NCBI GenBank assembly: GCA_041752095.1
Contig: JBGSHQ010000401.1
Location: 1 to 35,732 of the forward strand
Length of the DNA stretch: 35,732 nt
Reading direction: 5' to 3'
DNA from: Bdellovibrionia bacterium
Lineage (GTDB): Bacteria; Bdellovibrionota; UBA1018
In this document: piece after piece, positions 6,927-16,103 of the stretch
How the letters are laid out: every line of letters starts with the position of its first letter
Numbering within the stretch: position 1 is the first letter of the stretch
Program-made: the position numbers and the translations under genes
The notes under the pieces: generated by a model
The model's input: the letters and a program-made list of their open reading frames with translations, nothing else
Told to the model about the DNA's origin: nothing
Database searches by the model: none

Positions 6927-8741
6927 AAAATAGAAACGGTAAAGCGGACTCGATTTTTTTAGCACACTAAAAAATCCATCGTCAGGAAATACATTTGCTC
7001 TAAAAATGCGAAATGTATTTTCTTCGATGCCGTAATGCGTATCCGTACCGACTCCAAATCGATAACCGAATCGACTAACCGACTCAGCATCAAATCCTGA
7101 ATAGTTACCGTAGGCATAGGCATAAGAAAGAATAGGAATAGAAAACTCATTTTCAAGCAACCGCTTCGATTCTGCGATCTCTCGTTCTCGATCTCGACTC
7201 GGAAGAACCGTGAGAGATCGATGAGAAAGCCCGTGGCTTCCAATTTCAAAAACACCCGATTCCTTTATAGTCTGGCGCTCTTCAGGGCTTAATAATGGAA
7301 CGGAAATTTCGGTGGTATCCTCTTCTGTATCCCACCGATTCGTTCGCACAGTCGAATCTGCTAATAAATAAATAACTGCCTTCATCCCTGCCTCTTTTAG
7401 CGCCGGCGCCGCTAAAGTCAGAGTGTCTTTATATCCATCATCAAAGGTTAATAAAATGGGCCGCTTTGGAAACGAACGTCTTCCCTCGCACGCTTCGATT
7501 AAATCTTGAAATGTGATCGTTTGTTTTCGAAAAATCTTAAATAAGTTCAAAATCCGAGTGAAATTTTTAATCTCTATATACGTTTTATGCTTCGAAAAAA
7601 AATCTCCGCTTACAACCTTATGAAACATCAGTGAGGGAATACCAAATCGATATTTTTTACTGAGAATCGCCTGAATGTATGAGGACTTAATTTGATGGTA
7701 AGTTTCATCAGCGCCGAAGTTTCGATTTAAATCATTCTCATCCAAGTCGAATTCGATTCCACCTTTAAATGCCGTACGCAGTTGTTCTTTAAGTAAATCC
7801 TTTCTCCACCAACGATTTTCGGCACGATCAGGGCCTACATCACCAAAATTTGAGGCAAGCGCTAAAGGTAGAGAACTTCGCGTCAGCCACCCAGTAGGTT
7901 GGTACTCACCAAAACCAAAAACTTTCTTTCCCGCAAAGAGTGCTTCTATCGCTATTCGACCGGCGCAAATGATAAAATCAATTTCTGAAATTTCATTCGC
8001 AAGATGAGGAGATTTTCCAAAAAATCGAGATCGTTCCGGATGCGTCCTTAAAAAGCTTTCAATCGTATCTCGGTCCCTAGACTCAAGAAGATCAAGCGTT
8101 CCTCCTCCTATTAATATCTCAAGGTTAGGAAACTCATCCATGAGTTTAGGGATCACATCACGAAGGAGCATTCCCCAAATTTTCCCCTTGGGTCCTGACA
8201 TTCTACCGAAAAGCCCAAGTCGAATTTTGCCCGACGACTGAATATTTTTGGGCTTACGATATTCATCCGTCTCAATTAAATTTCGAATCAGATCGATCCG
8301 CTTCGGTGAAATGCGAAAGTCTTTCACTAAGTGATCGTGAAGATACCCACAAATCGCAATAATCCGGTTCCCATAGACATCATTCCACTTAAAACGTGTA
8401 TACCAGTGTTGTCTTCCGTGAACCGTCGAAATGAGGGCGGGTCCTGCGATCGTCGCAAACCAACAAACCCAGCTTGCCGCGCGTGAATGGGCGTGTACAA
8501 TCTGAGGTTTAAATTCATGAATCAGTGATCGTAGCGAAATAACATTTTTGATCCGGTACTTCATATTCCGCCGATCCATCGGGAGCGGAATGTAACGAAC
8601 AGAGGTAGGCAGCGGCAGAGAGATCGTATCCGATACGATCCAAACTTCGTGACCCTCCTGAACCTGTCGACGGATCAAAGTCACCGCGTAGGCTTCGGCA
8701 CCCGTAAGCTGATTCTGAGATAGGACATGGAGAATTTTCAA
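6879..8741 (-). CDS. GT4-type glycosyltransferase fused to NodB-type polysaccharide deacetylase
   Basis: N-terminal MKILHVLS..TGAE, IVHAHSR, STVHG (GT-B); C-terminal LMFHKV, LTFDDGYKD, EIGSHGLSH, YAYAYG (CE4). Confidence 0.88.
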   Translation of the reverse strand: MKILHVLSQNQLTGAEAYAVTLIRRQVQEGHEVWIVSDTISLPLPTSVRYIPLPMDRRNMKYRIKNVISLRSLIHEFKPQIVHAHSRAASWVCWFATIAGPALISTVHGRQHWYTRFKWNDVYGNRIIAICGYLHDHLVKDFRISPKRIDLIRNLIETDEYRKPKNIQSSGKIRLGLFGRMSGPKGKIWGMLLRDVIPKLMDEFPNLEILIGGGTLDLLESRDRDTIESFLRTHPERSRFFGKSPHLANEISEIDFIICAGRIAIEALFAGKKVFGFGEYQPTGWLTRSSLPLALASNFGDVGPDRAENRWWRKDLLKEQLRTAFKGGIEFDLDENDLNRNFGADETYHQIKSSYIQAILSKKYRFGIPSLMFHKVVSGDFFSKHKTYIEIKNFTRILNLFKIFRKQTITFQDLIEACEGRRSFPKRPILLTFDDGYKDTLTLAAPALKEAGMKAVIYLLADSTVRTNRWDTEEDTTEISVPLLSPEERQTIKESGVFEIGSHGLSHRSLTVLPSRDREREIAESKRLLENEFSIPILSYAYAYGNYSGFDAESVSRFGYRFGVGTDTHYGIEENTFRIFRANVFPDDGFFSVLKKSSPLYRFYFSAKRKFRSRSDRPIT

Positions 8742-8883
8742 CTAGTCCAATCTAACCAAGAGGTTAGTCCTTTACAAGCAATGCACCCAATTGAATTGGC
8801 ACATTGCGACGCAGTTTAACATTTTTGGCACATCAATCCACTTTTAGGATAAACCGTAACCACTTGAAAGCGGGGTTTTAGTC

Positions 8884-9168
8884 ATGATTTCCTTCACTCG
8901 AATTCTTTTTATCACGATCTTTTTTTCAGCACTCAGCTCTTATGCGGCTGAAACACCTGAGATTTTAAACCGGGTCACTTGCACTTCCGGAAAAGATTCT
9001 CGTGAACTTGAAATCATGGGTAAAGACGGTGGAAACGTCGTTACCTATACAAAAGGTGGAGTTGTTAAAGAAGTAGGCTCCTGTTCGATGAAAAAAGAAA
9101 AATGCCAAGTGATCTTCGACGGAATTAAAAAGAACCTCGAAAAATCAGGTTACGCCTGCCAAATCTAA
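8884..9168 (+). CDS. small secreted hypothetical protein
   Basis: Signal peptide ending SSYA; 4 Cys; abuts the next gene. Confidence 0.75.
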   Translation: MISFTRILFITIFFSALSSYAAETPEILNRVTCTSGKDSRELEIMGKDGGNVVTYTKGGVVKEVGSCSMKKEKCQVIFDGIKKNLEKSGYACQI

Positions 9169-10017
9169 ATGGAAATTCTTGTCGGTAATCACCCTCTATT
9201 CGAAGTCGTTCGCACCTCTGCAGGTGCGGTTTCAATTCGAAATATTATACTGAACGAGACGATGCACAACCCAGTGGGCCCATGGGTAGAGGCGAACTCA
9301 CTTTATATTGACCAATCGAAGTTTAAATCTCGTCTTACTGAGAAAACAAAAGAAACTCTCGTGGTCTACGACGTTGGATTAGGAGCTGCAGCCAATGCTC
9401 TAGCAGCACTCGCAGCTGCGAACTCAATCGATGGAGAACATCGGCCGCTCCACATCGTCAGTTTTGAACGCGAACTCGAACTCTTAAAGTTTGCTCTAGA
9501 TAATAGTCATCACTTTCCACACTTTCAGGGTTACGAAAAAACCCTCTCAAGCATTTTATCCACGGGTAAATGGTCCGACGAAAAAATAAAATGGGAACTT
9601 CGTCATGGAGATTTTCTCGATTTAATCGAAGTCGAAACCGCGCGACCTCATCTTGTTTTTTATGACCCGTACTCTTCTAAAGTGAATCAGGAAATGTGGA
9701 CCACGAGTTGCTTTAAAAAATTACGAGAACTTTCTCGATCCCCGGAGGAAGGTGGAACACATTTATTTACGTATAGCCAAGCCACACGAATTCGAGTGGC
9801 GATGATAGAGGCCGGCTTTTACGTTGGATATGGATCCGCAACCGGTCTGAAATCCGAAACAACCGAAGCCGCAACGGATCGCACACTTCTTCATTCACCT
9901 CTCGGTGAAGCTTGGCTACAGCGCTGGAAAAAATCACACCTCCGATATCCCTACGACTGCCTTCCTGAAAACGAGAAGAACGTCGATGAATCTGTACGCC
10001 TCTATTATTCTCAGTAA
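9169..10017 (+). CDS. MnmC-family (MnmD-like) SAM-dependent methyltransferase
   Basis: ETMHNPVGP..EA..LYI, YDVGLGAAAN (SAM motif), IVSFE, FYDPYSSKVNQEMW, TYS, VAMIEAGFYVG. Confidence 0.82.
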   Translation: MEILVGNHPLFEVVRTSAGAVSIRNIILNETMHNPVGPWVEANSLYIDQSKFKSRLTEKTKETLVVYDVGLGAAANALAALAAANSIDGEHRPLHIVSFERELELLKFALDNSHHFPHFQGYEKTLSSILSTGKWSDEKIKWELRHGDFLDLIEVETARPHLVFYDPYSSKVNQEMWTTSCFKKLRELSRSPEEGGTHLFTYSQATRIRVAMIEAGFYVGYGSATGLKSETTEAATDRTLLHSPLGEAWLQRWKKSHLRYPYDCLPENEKNVDESVRLYYSQ

Positions 10018-10062
10018 CTCGCACCCCCTGTGTCGCTCTCGACACATTCCATGATTAAAAGT

Positions 10063-10077
10063 TGGCCTGCCGATTGC
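10063..10077 (+). promoter_or_regulatory. putative sigma-54 (-24/-12) promoter
   Basis: TGGCCT-GCCGA-TTGC with exact GG-N10-GC spacing, about 47 nt upstream of the lipoprotein start. Confidence 0.65.
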
Positions 10078-10123
10078 TTCATTAGTGTGTAGGGATCGCA
10101 AGAACAATTAAAAAGGGGAATGA

Positions 10124-10444
10124 GTGATGAAGAAGTTTACAAGTGTCTTATCCGTAGTCGTTTTAAGTGCCGTAATCGGTAGCCTAGCAGGATGCAGCTC
10201 CGCTCAAATCGATGAGCAAAGCACCAGCACTGAGTTACCTGTGGAGTCTAACGCCGGCGGTGAAGCTTTCAATGCTGTAGCAAGCGCGGACTTAACTCCG
10301 ACAGCTGATCCAAGTTCGACTATTCAGTCGAACAGTGAATCACCGTCTTCGAATTTAATGGCATCAAATAATGTTACGGCCCCATCTTATAGCTCTCCAA
10401 GTCCAGTTAACTTAGGAGCTTCGTCAGCCGGACGGGCGCACTAA
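10124..10444 (+). CDS. Ser-rich low-complexity lipoprotein
   Basis: Signal peptide with lipobox LAGC; AAGGGG RBS. Confidence 0.8.
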   Translation: MMKKFTSVLSVVVLSAVIGSLAGCSSAQIDEQSTSTELPVESNAGGEAFNAVASADLTPTADPSSTIQSNSESPSSNLMASNNVTAPSYSSPSPVNLGASSAGRAH

Positions 10445-11337
10445 GGTTCAAAAAAACCAGAGACTTCAGCACCGCTTGCACGACTCTTTCGACTTGCGAG
10501 AGAGTTTTGAAAGCTGCCCTCACATTTGAGTGAAAGAAGTGATGAAATTGCTTGTAGTGAGCTTTCCATTGCATCGGCGAAATAAATGAGTTTAGGGCTC
10601 GTAATGAGGCCTAAATCGGGCTTCACCTTTCGAACTCGGTCGAGAAAGTGCTTTGAGGAAGCGCACGAATATAAGCCCAGGAGTTTCGTCTCCGTGGGCG
10701 CACTCTCGAGGGTCGATAGAATCGGACTAAAACCTGGTTCATGTGCCTTATACCAAGAAAAGTCGACTTCGTGATTAGGGGTTAACTGTGGCGGTCCAAA
10801 ATCCGGTCCGCCACCCGCACGAGAGTGCCCATTATAAATCACAACATCAGCTTTAGTGAGTCCCTGTAAGAAAGTTAAGTTCGCAAAACGAGTTTTCCAT
10901 TTCTGAAATGGATTTTTACGATTTTCCTCATCATCGGCCCCCGCCGAGCTATTTACAATTCTCAACAAAATTTCGCGTGGCTTACCGTCGGGGCCGTTAA
11001 TTCTTCGTGTAAGTAAATCCGAATCCGTTAGAGAACGGGTAAACCCACAAGCGAGATTCGTGCGTTTGCACTCCTGAGTAAGCCTTTGGATAAAAATCAT
11101 CCGTTCGTAACGGTCGGCAACGAACCGGGCGGGGCGCGCATCTTTATAACCAAAGACTATCCGCATATCGATTTTTGGTTTTTGGTAAAATCCTAAATAG
11201 ATTCGGCGGCAGGCTTCATTTTCAAATTCAGGAAGATTGAGGTCGACCGACTTATTATTATAAAAAAATCCCAAATAAGCGATCAGGAGTAAAAATGTGA
11301 ATCCAGAAAAGACGAAAATCCATTTTCTTCTTTTCAT
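10441..11337 (-). CDS. membrane-anchored hypothetical protein, possible clan CD His-Cys peptidase
   Basis: N-terminal TM helix; DVVIYNGHS and LLGLYSCAS resemble caspase/gingipain-fold catalytic His and Cys contexts. Confidence 0.6.
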   Translation of the reverse strand: MKRRKWIFVFSGFTFLLLIAYLGFFYNNKSVDLNLPEFENEACRRIYLGFYQKPKIDMRIVFGYKDARPARFVADRYERMIFIQRLTQECKRTNLACGFTRSLTDSDLLTRRINGPDGKPREILLRIVNSSAGADDEENRKNPFQKWKTRFANLTFLQGLTKADVVIYNGHSRAGGGPDFGPPQLTPNHEVDFSWYKAHEPGFSPILSTLESAPTETKLLGLYSCASSKHFLDRVRKVKPDLGLITSPKLIYFADAMESSLQAISSLLSLKCEGSFQNSLASRKSRASGAEVSGFFEP

Positions 11338-12068
11338 TCGTCAACACTCCCTTTTCTTACAGATTCACAAAGGGCTCTCACAGATGTCACGGGGTCATGC
11401 GCACATTGATCTAGAAGACCATTAATACGAATGAGATTCGATCGCTTAAGCTTTAAGGGTAGCTCGGACACAAGATAAAGAGTTTGGGTTCGAAGCTGAA
11501 ATGACGGATCGGCGATGGTTTGATCCAAATAGTCTAAGTTTCTTTGAACGTTTCGATAAATCAGTTCAGTGCGAATAAGATTCAGAAGTGATGAGCGAAC
11601 CTCGGGCGAAGAATCATTCAAAAGATTTTTAATCTGGTCTTCTTTTAATGAAACATTCAGGCGCGAAAGAGAGTCGATTATAGCGGTTTTTCCAGCTGCA
11701 GATGTTTTTTTAGAAAACAAACGCTCCATATAAATCTGCTGGATCGATTCAAGACGATCATTCGTAATTAAGGAATTAATAGCGTGATAGCTATATCCAG
11801 TTTGGTCGCGAGCTGAAAATGCAATTAACTCAGGAAGCATACTCCTTAACTCAAGAACTGAAATGACATCGAGTGCGAGAAAATGATCTCGGGTTCCAAG
11901 AGCTTTTTTTAACTCCGACCTTAACTCAGTACGTTTTTTGAGTTCCGCTATAGACTGCTTCCGAACTTCTTCCGACTCACCTGTAAATCTTCGTGCAGAA
12001 TCCATCCAGGATCCTGCCTCAGCTGATTGCATTAGAATGACTGCAACCATAAGATAGTAAGGACTCAT
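11334..12068 (-). CDS. HEAT-repeat-like protein, probably exported
   Basis: LLNDSSPEVRSS, IADPSFQLR, AHDPVTSVRA repeats; ATG 12068 overlaps the rlmF stop (ATGA); hydrophobic N-terminus ending AEA. Confidence 0.72.
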   Translation of the reverse strand: MSPYYLMVAVILMQSAEAGSWMDSARRFTGESEEVRKQSIAELKKRTELRSELKKALGTRDHFLALDVISVLELRSMLPELIAFSARDQTGYSYHAINSLITNDRLESIQQIYMERLFSKKTSAAGKTAIIDSLSRLNVSLKEDQIKNLLNDSSPEVRSSLLNLIRTELIYRNVQRNLDYLDQTIADPSFQLRTQTLYLVSELPLKLKRSNLIRINGLLDQCAHDPVTSVRALCESVRKGSVDE

Positions 12069-12973
12069 TGAAACGACCAAGCAAGAATACGACTTTTTTT
12101 CTGGCCCTGAGCCATGTCGATAGTCCAACCATCACTCACTTTATGCTTTTCTAGCTCAGCGTAAAGGACATCTAAGTTTTTTTGCTGTGATACCAATGCT
12201 GTAAACCATCGTACTTGCTTTTTAAATTCAACACTTTCACGAATCATTTGCGTGATGAAAGCAATCTCTCCGCCATCGCACCAAAGTTCACCACCCTGAC
12301 CTCCAAAGTTAAGAACTGGGTCTTTTTTTGATAAATTTACTTTTCCTAAGTTTTTCCATTTTCTTCTAGATCCCGATTTTGCCTCCTCAGCAGAGGAATG
12401 AAAGGGTGGATTTGAAATAACGAGTTCAAAATACTCGTTAGTCTTAATGACTCCATGAAACATTTTTTTAGGGTTCGGCTGAAACCGTAAGTCGATCGAC
12501 TCTTGAAGTATTGGATTCTTTTTTACGATGCTCAGTGCCGAATCAAATGCGACTTTATCCGTTTCAGTTCCAACAAAACTCCAATCATACTCGACATGAC
12601 CAATAATGGGGTAAACACAGTTGGCTCCGACTCCTATATCCAAAACTTTTACGCTAGGTCCACGCGGGATCTTTCCTCCCGATTTTCCAGCAAGTAAGTC
12701 AGCTGTATAATGAATGTAATCCGCTCTCCCTGGAATCGGGGGACAAAGGTAACCTTGAGGTACATCCCAAAAATCGATTTTATAGAACTTTTTTAGAATG
12801 GATTGATTAAGAATTTTTACCGCCTCGGGGTTGGAAAAATCGATCGATTCATCTCCATATTCGTTTTTACGAACAAACTTTTTAAGCTCGGGAAGGGCTT
12901 TTACGAGTACTGGGAAGTCATATCGATCGCGGTGGCGATTCCGTGGATGCAGTTCCTTCTTTTCTTCTGACAT
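12065..12973 (-). CDS. rlmF: 23S rRNA (adenine1618-N6)-methyltransferase
   Basis: LHPRNRH, LCPPIPGRADYIH, LDIGVGANCVYP, SNPPFH, LNFGGQ..ELWCDGGE, MAQGQKKSR. Confidence 0.95.
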   Translation of the reverse strand: MSEEKKELHPRNRHRDRYDFPVLVKALPELKKFVRKNEYGDESIDFSNPEAVKILNQSILKKFYKIDFWDVPQGYLCPPIPGRADYIHYTADLLAGKSGGKIPRGPSVKVLDIGVGANCVYPIIGHVEYDWSFVGTETDKVAFDSALSIVKKNPILQESIDLRFQPNPKKMFHGVIKTNEYFELVISNPPFHSSAEEAKSGSRRKWKNLGKVNLSKKDPVLNFGGQGGELWCDGGEIAFITQMIRESVEFKKQVRWFTALVSQQKNLDVLYAELEKHKVSDGWTIDMAQGQKKSRILAWSFQ

Positions 12974-13043
12974 AGTTAGAGAATAGGCGATTTATTAGGA
13001 ATTCAGTGAAATAATTTTTTTATTCCTGTGATATTTTATAACT

Positions 13044-14237
13044 GTGGTGAATATATTACTCTCTGCACTTTCTGGCATTTTAGGTGGCGTTATCGCTACC
13101 CCATTCCTCTATTCATCAAACTGGGCAGATACCACTCGAGAGTCTTATTCTTTTATAATTTACCTATTACCCATTTCAGGATTAATCATCGGTGGTCTTT
13201 GGGATTTTATCGGGAAAAATTTATCAGGAGGCCCAAGTTTAGTTATTCAGGAAATTCATAAACCTGAAAAAACGATTCCATTAAAAAGTATTCCACTCCT
13301 TTTTATTACTTCCGTTGTATCGCTTCTTTTTGGTGCATCCGTTGGTCGAGAAGGCGCGATAGTCCAAATGAGTGCTTCACTTACTGATCAATTATCCCAA
13401 CTACTATTCCATCTACGAAAATTAACACATCAAGATCGAATTCTTTTATTAATGGCTGGATCTGCGGCTGGATTTTCAGCGGCTCTAGGTGCTCCACTCG
13501 CAGGAGCTTTGTTTGGGATGGAAGTGCTTACACCTCATATTCGATTTAAGGTTTTTAATTTATTCGAGTGTTTAGTCGCAGCTGGGGTCGCATACGGTGT
13601 AACCCAATTATTAAACGCACCCCACGTGAATTTTGGAACTGTAGACGCTATCCCATTCTTTTCGCTTCATCATGGTGTTGCTGCCATAATCATGGGTGCA
13701 TTAACGGGTATATTTATTCGAACTTTTATCATGACCAGTGAATTTCTTACTGGGTGGGGAACCCTCCAATTTGAATCTTCAGCCGCACGAGCCTTCTTCG
13801 CAGGATGCAGTTTCCTTTTATGTTTCATCCTATTTGAAAATTCAGGCGCAACGGGGCTTGGCGTGAGTGAAATTAAATCTTCGTTCTTAGTGTCTCCATC
13901 ACCGGCTATTGCATTTCAGAAGCTCATTCTTACAGTAATTTCTATCGCCGGGGGTTTTAAGGGAGGAGAGTTTATTCCTGTCATTTTTATGGGAGCAACC
14001 CTTTCAAGCTCTATCGCCGGTCTTTTGACAGTGGCACCTGGATTTGCAGCTGCATGCGGGTTGGTATCCAGTTTCGGGAGTGGAGGACGGGTCCCGCTAA
14101 CAATGATTTTATTCGCAGGAGAATTTTTTGGGATCTCATTTATCCCGTATGCTTCTTTAGCGTGTCTAATGAGTTTTTTGGTAATGGGGAAAAATAAAAC
14201 CCTTTATAAGTCTCAACATTTGGGGTCAACAAGCTGA
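13044..14237 (+). CDS. CLC (EriC) family chloride/fluoride transporter
   Basis: Polytopic membrane protein; GASVGREGA, AGFSAALGAPLAGALFGME, GFKGGEFIP. Confidence 0.88.
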   Translation: MVNILLSALSGILGGVIATPFLYSSNWADTTRESYSFIIYLLPISGLIIGGLWDFIGKNLSGGPSLVIQEIHKPEKTIPLKSIPLLFITSVVSLLFGASVGREGAIVQMSASLTDQLSQLLFHLRKLTHQDRILLLMAGSAAGFSAALGAPLAGALFGMEVLTPHIRFKVFNLFECLVAAGVAYGVTQLLNAPHVNFGTVDAIPFFSLHHGVAAIIMGALTGIFIRTFIMTSEFLTGWGTLQFESSAARAFFAGCSFLLCFILFENSGATGLGVSEIKSSFLVSPSPAIAFQKLILTVISIAGGFKGGEFIPVIFMGATLSSSIAGLLTVAPGFAAACGLVSSFGSGGRVPLTMILFAGEFFGISFIPYASLACLMSFLVMGKNKTLYKSQHLGSTS

Positions 14238-14322
14238 CTCTCCAAATTTGAATTCTTATTTTTCTAACCCCTACTCCCACATTTAAAAATAAGCCATACT
14301 AATAGAACCGAGGAGCTTCTTA

Positions 14323-14718
14323 ATGTTTGATCTGAAAACGCGTATTCTTATTGTTGACGATATGATGACCATGCGAAAACTAGTCGCAAAATCTTGTAAG
14401 GAAATTGGATTTACAGATATTACAGAAGCCGCCGATGGCGCTCTCGCATGGACAGCTATAAACGATGCTAAACCATCCTTCGGACTCATTATTTCAGACT
14501 GGAACATGCCGAACTCTACGGGCCTTGACCTTCTTAAACGCGTTCGTGGGGATAGCCGGTTTGGAAAACTTCCTTTCATCTTGGTCACTGCAGAAGCTGA
14601 ACAAAGCCAAATTATGGAAGCTGCAAAAGCAGGTGTCAGCCAATATGTCATGAAACCTTTTACGAGTGAGTCGCTTCGAGAAAAGATCGAAGCGGTTCAT
14701 AAAAAAATGTCTGGCTAA
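14323..14718 (+). CDS. CheY-like single-domain response regulator
   Basis: ILIVDD, IISDWNMP, LVTAE, KPF; GAGGAG RBS. Confidence 0.92.
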   Translation: MFDLKTRILIVDDMMTMRKLVAKSCKEIGFTDITEAADGALAWTAINDAKPSFGLIISDWNMPNSTGLDLLKRVRGDSRFGKLPFILVTAEAEQSQIMEAAKAGVSQYVMKPFTSESLREKIEAVHKKMSG

Positions 14719-16103
14719 TGACGGAACCAAAAGCAAACTTATCTCAGTATAAAGTATTAGTTTGCGGAGTGGACGCTCTATCTCGACCTGTGATCGATAG
14801 CGTTCTTTCGAGAGAACAAATCATTGAATATCCTTATGATTTAGAAAAACTCATGGAGGACGTTCTTAATCCAGCACCTGTCATGCTCATTTTCGGAACG
14901 CCTCCCGAAGGAATTGATCTAGCAGAGGTCGCGCAAGTCGCGCGGATGCAAAATCAAACCCAACCCATCTTCTATATCACTTCTAAACGCACAGGGTTTG
15001 ATCGTAAAACCTTTCAAAAAAATGGTTTCACGGATGCATTTTTACTCCCGATCGATACTGATACCGTTAAACAAACGATTAAAGATGATCTAGCTAAAGC
15101 TACAAAGGGAGCAGTTCGCTCTTATAGAAGTGTACAGCTCATCGACTTAAGGCCGAATGAAACATTAAGTTTTGATACTTACATGTACATGCCGGCCAAT
15201 AAGAAACATATTAAATTTTCAGTAAGTGGAGATGAACTCGATTCAAGTCAGCTTGAAAAATTAAATAAGGGCAAAGTAAACTCGGTTCATATTACTAGTG
15301 AACAGATGCAAAGTTTTTACGAATTTAGTGCCGCTAAACTTAAGTCTCTCCAAAATGAGAGTGGAATTTCAGAAACTGAACGCAAAGATCGAATGAAAGG
15401 CGCTATTCGAAATCTTATGGCTTCAGTTTTTAACGATGATTCGAGTAATGCCACTCTTGACGCAGGTAAAAGCATCGTCACAGACTGCCAACAAATCGTT
15501 AAAAATTATATCACCACCGGAAAAGATAAAAACTCCTGGTATGATAAAATGCTAGCGGTATCGGGGGCAGAAAGTGGCACTTATAACCATTCGGGAAACG
15601 TAGCCACCTTCGGTGCACTTTTTTCGCTTGGATCAGGCCTTGGAAAAACTGAAGATATTGCGTTAGCCGGATTACTCCACGACATGGGTCTAGCCGATGT
15701 CCCACCTGAGGTCCAATCAAAGCCTGAACTCGAAAGATCAAAAGAAGAAGAAGAGGCTTATAAAAAACATGTAGATCACACTCTTGCCGTGATTAAATTT
15801 CGAAAAATGATTCTTCCCGATTCAGTTGTAAAGGCGATAGCCCAGCACCATGAACGATGGAGTGGGACAGGATATCCACGTGGAATTTCTGGAACTTCTA
15901 TTACGATCGAGGCCCAGATATTAGCTCTCGCGGACGAATTTGATTACTTAACGATGACTAAAGAAGGTCGACCTCGTATGACACCCTCAGAGGCATTTAA
16001 AATTATTTTCGAAAAAAATGCAAACAACCCAGGAACATCTCAGTTCGATCTAGAATTTTTAAAAAAGATTATGGCTATTTTTCCAGAATCGGAAATCGTT
16101 TAG
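14718..16103 (+). CDS. HD-GYP domain protein (c-di-GMP phosphodiesterase) with degenerate receiver-like N-terminus
   Basis: YNHS, LLHDMG, HHERWSGTGYP, ILALADEFD; coupled to the CheY-like gene (TAATG). Confidence 0.88.
   Translation: MTEPKANLSQYKVLVCGVDALSRPVIDSVLSREQIIEYPYDLEKLMEDVLNPAPVMLIFGTPPEGIDLAEVAQVARMQNQTQPIFYITSKRTGFDRKTFQKNGFTDAFLLPIDTDTVKQTIKDDLAKATKGAVRSYRSVQLIDLRPNETLSFDTYMYMPANKKHIKFSVSGDELDSSQLEKLNKGKVNSVHITSEQMQSFYEFSAAKLKSLQNESGISETERKDRMKGAIRNLMASVFNDDSSNATLDAGKSIVTDCQQIVKNYITTGKDKNSWYDKMLAVSGAESGTYNHSGNVATFGALFSLGSGLGKTEDIALAGLLHDMGLADVPPEVQSKPELERSKEEEEAYKKHVDHTLAVIKFRKMILPDSVVKAIAQHHERWSGTGYPRGISGTSITIEAQILALADEFDYLTMTKEGRPRMTPSEAFKIIFEKNANNPGTSQFDLEFLKKIMAIFPESEIV

Noticed and set aside
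8796-8833. TTGGCACAT repeated twice, resembling sigma-54 -24 boxes
   Set aside because: No TTGC at the required spacing after either copy; may be a factor site but unsupported.
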